DNA of 64,000 nucleotides, taken from contig CAVNZM010000005.1 in the NCBI GenBank assembly GCA_963693365.1, forward strand, positions 2,346,342 through 2,410,341, given 5' to 3'. Source of the DNA: Amoebidium appalachense (lineage: Eukaryota > Protista > Ichthyosporea). Below are positions 58,340-64,000 of this stretch, piece after piece. Made by a program: the position numbers and the translations under genes. Positions within the stretch are counted from its first letter, which is position 1. Each line of letters opens with the position of its first letter. The notes below the pieces were generated by a model. The model was not told the DNA's origin and ran no database searches. It saw nothing but the letters and a program-made list of their open reading frames with translations.

Positions 58340-58560
58340 GTAAGTGTGGGGGGAAAGGAGAAGAGGAGGTAGACTTATGCAGCCACTGCTTGTGCATGTG
58401 CCTTTGGGGGTACCTGTGTCTGCTTACGTGCCAGGGCTGCAGTAGTGCAAGTGCTGAGCACCTTTGCCTGTGTGATGCCTGTTGTTGGGGCAATGGTGGC
58501 CGGGAATGTACGTGACCGGTAGGGTGCACTCCGCATGGGGTATAAAAAGGGGGAGGGGAA

Positions 58561-58593
<33 letters not shown>

Positions 58594-59643
58594 AAAGGGC
58601 ATGTGGGAGACAGTGCATGTGGAAGCAGCCGATCCGCTGGTTGTGCATCACTTGCACACCCCTTCGAAAACATACAGATGTTGACCTTCCCCCCCCCCCC
58701 CCCCCCCCCCAACCATGCTTCTCATCGTGTATGCGTACTTCGTACCGTGTTCCGCATCCAACCCCCCCCCCCCCCCCCTCCCCTCCCCTTCCTCCCCCTC
58801 TTCCTCGTGCAGGTGCTAGCGCCACTGCTCCCACCAGCCACACTTGCACAGAGCGTACTACCAGTGGTTGTGGAGATGGCAAACGATGGGGTTGCCAACG
58901 TGCGGTTCAACGTGGCACGCACCCTTGAGATTCTGATCCCCCGGTTAGACAAGGGCCTAGTGCAGGGCGCTGTTGTGCCGGCACTGAGCCAGCTGCAACA
59001 AGACCAGGATAAGGACGTCAAGTACTTTGCGCAAAAAGCTCTGGCCGTCGCAGGTGTGTGGGTGTGGGCGTACCTGTGCGGATAATTTGGATGTGGGGAG
59101 GAGGGGGAGGGGGGGGGGGATGTGGGTTGTGGGTTGTGGAAGTTGGATGTGTGGGTGGGTTTAGGTGTAACAATAGGTGTGTGTATCGGGGTTGTGGAAA
59201 TTGGAAGTGTGAGTGGGTGTAGGTGTGTGCGTGTTTTTGGATGTGTGGTTGGGTGGGTGTGCACGGGCGCACAAAGGTGGTGTGTGTGGATGTCTGTGTG
59301 GGTGCAAGGATGCAGTGGGTAAGGGGCATCGTCCTAATGTCCGCATCCCTATGCCCTCGGCTCCCGTACAGGCATGCACACTTGCACCCTGATTCGAGCT
59401 CTCAACTCCTGATCCCACACATTATCCTGCATCCTGTAAATGGGCCACCAAACCCCCCCCCCCCCCCCCCCCCCCCCTCCCCCTTCTTCTTAACCATTCG
59501 GGTGTGGTTTTGCTCCCTTGTTAGATTACTCGAGGCTCGAGTAGTGTGGATGGTCCCCCCCTCGTCCCCCCGTTTTCTCCGAACTTACCAGGATCACCTC
59601 TATATCTGTGATCGACTGACACTATTTCTCTGCAGCCGCATAA
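49811..59643 (+). CDS. PPP2R1A: Serine/threonine protein phosphatase 2A 65 kDa scaffold subunit A (HEAT repeats), 13 exons, about 586 aa, intact
   Basis: Exons 49811-49973, 50693-50844, 51597-51842, 52737-52817, 53348-53506, 54266-54380, 55016-55172, 55515-55615, 56331-56452, 57292-57379, 57927-58054, 58813-59053, 59636-59643. Motifs [105 protein letters not shown]. Confidence 0.97.
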
Positions 59644-59777
59644 TTCCAACAAAACATCGACGGCACAAACCACAGCCACCCAATCGTCATCAATTCGTGG
59701 CTGAGAAAGAAGAAGCAACACCCCACACCCAAAATGGGATTGTGGACTAACGAAGCTCATGGGCAACGAAAGCTACA

Positions 59778-59822
<45 letters not shown>

Positions 59823-60741
59823 TCCTTACGATTATTTTTTCTTTCTTTTGTTTTTGTTTTGGTTGGCTTTGGGAACTTGGTTTTTACAGTTTTTTACTTC
59901 CATGTATGCACGAACACATGGGTCACATAATGCGTGCCAGCACATTCCATGGCAAAGTCTTTGCGAAAATTGATTATTGGTATATATGATGACCTTACAT
60001 GTGTGAACGCGCGCACACATGATTTTTTACCGTGGTTGGTAATGCATTGCCGTAGAGAATGGCCACACGCACTTGTACCCATTCAAACCCACCTACACAC
60101 ACTTTTACACATGTCCGGATCAACATGTACACAGCACATGCATGCACACGCACACACACGTACACACGCGCGCGCGCACACACACACACACACATACACA
60201 CACACAGACAGACAGACACACACACACCACGTCCAGTCTACAGCACCGTGGTGTACACCGAACCCACTCCCATATAGTTCTTTGTGGTGACTGATTGGTT
60301 GATTTAGGTGCCATGCACACTCACAACTACATATGTACAGATGTGAACCAATTTGTCCTATGCGTTTTAAGCAACGATAAATAAATAGTTATTTGGCGGC
60401 TGAGTTATGCAGCCGCAAGTATATGATTTCGAGTCAATTGTGTTTGCATCTCAACTTGCAGCATGGAAGAAACCAAACGGAGGATCAAAGTGCTCCAATT
60501 GCTCCCCGTCATTTGCTGGCCGACAACCCCTCACTCCCCCCTCCCCCCCTCCGCGGGTGGTAACTGTTGGGCTCTGCTTATGATGAATACTATTTATGTG
60601 TGCCTGCACTGTGTTTTCGAATTCTTTAAAATTCATGAATGTATGCTTCGTACTCAGTTTAAAACACATTCTAATATTTCAAACCCCCCCCCCCCCCCTC
60701 TCCCCCCCCCAGGCTCCCCTTCTGACCTTTCCTCCGATTCC

Positions 60742-60787
<46 letters not shown>

Positions 60788-62031
60788 AAAAAAAGGAAAG
60801 AAAAAAAGAGAAAAAAAAAAAGAAAAGAAAAGAAATTTAGAAAAAAAAAAAAAAAAAGAAGAAAAAAAAAAAACCACCACCACCACCACCACCAAAAAAA
60901 AAAAAAAGAACGAAAAAAACCGACTGCGCACACACAAAAAAGAGCTAATTAACACACACCGTGGCACCTGTCACTACAATTAACACTCCTCTAACCCCAC
61001 TGAGTCTCGTCAGCATACATATCTTCGGGACCTTGACAATACACATCTATCCTACTCATCTAGCTATAGACCTCCCTGCCCACCCAGGCGAGCTCCTGAT
61101 CACGAAGCTCATGCGCCGTACACACAATCGATTGTGTGCTTTGCTAAGTCTGCATGATTCTTTGCGTTGTAAGTGTCGTTTACGTAAATCATTGCTGTGT
61201 TAGCTCTCAGAAATGCCGCAACATAGTACTTGTGGCCACAGTGTGATCTACATCATGGGGTTGCCACCGTTACGGTGACGTGACATCAGTTGATCTATAT
61301 ATATGATCGTCGTAACTATGGTGACAATATATATGTAGCACCGTGACTTTGCCTGCAATGCGTGCGCACACTTCTACTACCTTCCGAACAGTGGGCACAC
61401 CTAGCCAAGCTTGCTAATTTTGGTTCGAATACAACCGCATGAACATGTCACTATACAAAGCTATATTATGAAGCCCGGGATAGTTGGCCGCATTGTTGTC
61501 CTTTTTAGCTGTATGAAATATTTTTGTAGTTTATAATGTACTGTAGATGTATAACGTATTCAAATAGGGTCTGTCACAATGAACAGATAAAACGGGCTGC
61601 ATCTCAGAATAGTAGTTGCCATCTATCTTGAAGGATTCTGTTTGCCGAGTCGAGCCAGCGCTAGCACGAGCATAAGTTTTTCATCATTGATCTTTATTGA
61701 ACTGCTCATGGCGAAACAACATGCAGCCACTTGCTTGCGATCAAGCCAGTCCTGCTGTCTCATGATATACCTGCATTTCAGCTATCTGCAGTGCCACTCT
61801 AATTCGACTATTTACAAAGGCCACTTGCCAATGACTCGCTCCCGCCCCTCTTGGCTTAACTCTGCCGGGGGCTATCCATCACTCATCATACTACTATATG
61901 CGTTAGCAGCATACACTGTGTGCACCTGTGATATGTCTATGTACCCGACTTCAAGTTTTTGTACCGGTTTAACATCATATGATCTACCCACAATTACAAT
62001 ATCTCTGAGGCTATCAAGTCGACTTTAAAAG

Positions 62032-62089
62032 TAAAACTCCATTCTGCTATTTTAACAGCTTAAAACTCCATTCTGCTATTTTAACAGCT
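62032..62089. repeat. Perfect 29-bp tandem duplication
   Basis: TAAAACTCCATTCTGCTATTTTAACAGCT at 62032 and 62061. Confidence 0.95.
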
Positions 62090-62256
62090 AACAGCGGCAA
62101 GGAAAGCATGAGGTTCTGGCTTTGCTCACTCATATGTTTGTACTGCCTTTAAAAAATGCCCGCCGCAGATATTAAAAAGGTCATATTCTATTTTACAAGG
62201 CATGCATATATATATCCTTTTTTAAAAATACCCGCCTCAACATGTTGCTATATATC

Positions 62257-62454
62257 GGGACCCATATTTGTCCATGCCTGCACCATGGCCTCCATGCTAA
62301 ACGGGTGAGATGAGATGGGGTTTTCCGCATGCGACACAACGGGAACATAAGGGGCGGGACCCATATTTGTCTATGCCTGCATCATGGCCTCCATGCTAAA
62401 CGGGTGAGATGAGATGGGGTTTTCCGCATGCGACACAACGGGAACATAAGGGGC
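62257..62454. repeat. 99-bp tandem duplication overlapping the 3' end of the GATA-like gene
   Basis: Copies start at 62257 and 62356 and differ at two positions. Confidence 0.95.
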
Positions 62455-64000
62455 GTATTGGGCCTCATATGCGTATGTTCTGGTTGGGGTGGCCATCTCG
62501 CTCCCAACCACTATTGTCGAACTTGCGGTGGAGTCGACAGACCGTCGCTGCATTGGCCACGTGTTTGTGTCGTTGTAGTGCTCGTAGGAATATGCCGGCT
62601 GCTCGTAGAAGCTTCCAGCATACGATGGGGCATAGTGTTGGGTGGGTGTGGGTGCCTCTGTGGGGGCCAGGGTGGGGCTTGGTGTGGTGGTGGTGTGGCG
62701 GGGAGACAGGGAGGCCACTGATGATGCGGGGCTGGGCTGGGAATGCAGCAGACACTGCATGCAGTGGCACACGGGACCATGACCTTTGCAGCCCGGGGGG
62801 GAGGTCATCTGGGGGGGAGAAGGTGTGGATGAGTACTGATGTTGTAAGGTCTGGATGGCAGACTGTTGCACTTATAATTATTTGATGCACTGAAGTGTTT
62901 CATAGGCCAAAACTAATTGTGGCCGAGGCTGCTTATGCTCACGCAGACAACTTGCATCCAACTAGACAAGCATACAGCCCTTGTCTTTTGCCTCTGAGGA
63001 TGCTAAGCAACATCTTTCGGCACACATACCTCTGCTGTGCGGGGGAGGCTCTCAAAATGCTGCATGGTATTGGGAAACGACGACCGCCTGTCGGGGCTGG
63101 GAGTGGGCATGCCAGTGTAGGTGGCGTCATCAAGGCGGGGGCTGCCGCCATCTTCTGGCTTGCGGTTGAACGTGAAGAGATGCGAAGGCCGTGACTTGCT
63201 GCAGGGGGAGGTATGGTCAGTTTAAATTTTGGGGTGACTGAAGCAGAATAAAAAAACTAAAGTCAACGGTAGGCACCATTGCCATCTTGCTAGGGTGCCT
63301 TTCCTGCTGTCCAAGAAAGAACACAACCTTAGAGCAAGATCTCCACATTAGCTTTGGCTTGGGTGCCACTACACGTTGCAGTTGTGATGGAAACCATAAA
63401 AGAATAGGCAGTAGAGGAACTAAGTACTTACTTATGAGCGCTCTCGAAGACGTAGCAGGCGTGGCAGATCCACACATTGGGGTCGGTGGCCAGCTTGCTG
63501 CGGTGACGGTTGTAGGGCCCCACCACGGCACAGTTGCCACACACACGCTCGGCACGCTTGGTCTGGTGGCAAACACGGGGTTAGCTGCGGCCTCAGAACT
63601 GTCTAGCCTCCATCTTCTGACCAATCGCTACCATCTATAGGCTTACAAACATGCATGTCATCCTTTGAGCCACAAACAAGCAAGCCTGATTCTCCTTCCA
63701 GCCATGCAAACTGACAATGCAGACCCACACCCCCAGGCCCAAAACCTACCCGCATGTACAGATGGGGAGGGCGCAGTCTTCCGTGGTTGTACTCGTACAC
63801 ACGGCACGTGTGGCAGCGCCAGCCCTCTGGTTGCAGTTTGCTGTACGCCCAGCAGCTGGACCTGACGTGGTGAAAAAATGAGAACTCCTTGCAAGATCTT
63901 TTCAAACGATTATGTTCTTACAGCATGCCACCAGGATGCAAAGGGATCGGAGCATCATGGGCAACCACAACACAGCAGCCAGCACCCGTCACATACGAGT
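62371..64000 (-). CDS. Protein with two divergent GATA-type C4 zinc fingers and a Ser/Pro/Thr/Tyr-rich C-terminus (putative transcription factor); 5' end beyond window
   Basis: Phase-consistent exons 63861-63750 (SCWAYSKLQPEGWRCHTCRVYEYNHGRLRPPHLY), 63562-63432 (VCGNCAVVGPYNRHRSKLATDPNVWICHACYVFESAH), 63198-63030 (NKSRPSHLF..), 62862-62371. An upstream donor gtatgt lies at 63996. Confidence 0.75.

Noticed and set aside
61260-61350. Short palindromes (CACCGTTACGGTG, GATCTATATATATGATC)
   Set aside because: Too short and isolated to support an ncRNA or element call.

Overview
Intron-rich eukaryotic nuclear DNA. A unicellular holozoan-like origin is plausible, but that is inference from gene content and intron style only. 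Introns and intergenic DNA are saturated with poly-G/poly-C/poly-T runs and CA/TG/GA microsatellites, so nearly all entries in the ORF track are low-complexity artefacts. Manual exon chaining (splice sites plus phase) gives six loci. (1) A minus-strand HGSNAT-family gene with an extra N-terminal luminal domain, running off the left edge. (2) A 5'-truncated, frameshifted proteinase K-type S8 protease with a Thr/Pro linker and a small Cys-rich C-terminal module. (3) A 35-exon plus-strand DNA2 nuclease/helicase with an E2F+CCAAT promoter and a U12-type AT-AC last intron. (4) A minus-strand orphan gene with five copies of an unrecognised 53-aa repeat, several frameshifts and a CACTA-like element in intron 1. 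(5) An intact 13-exon PP2A scaffold (A) subunit gene. (6) A minus-strand protein with two atypical GATA-type zinc fingers, running off the right edge. The strongest leads are the minor-spliceosome intron, the paired complementary C-run/G-run architecture of many introns, the orphan repeat protein and the divergent GATA factor. Homopolymer lengths and some frameshifts may be assembly errors, which cannot be resolved from the sequence alone.
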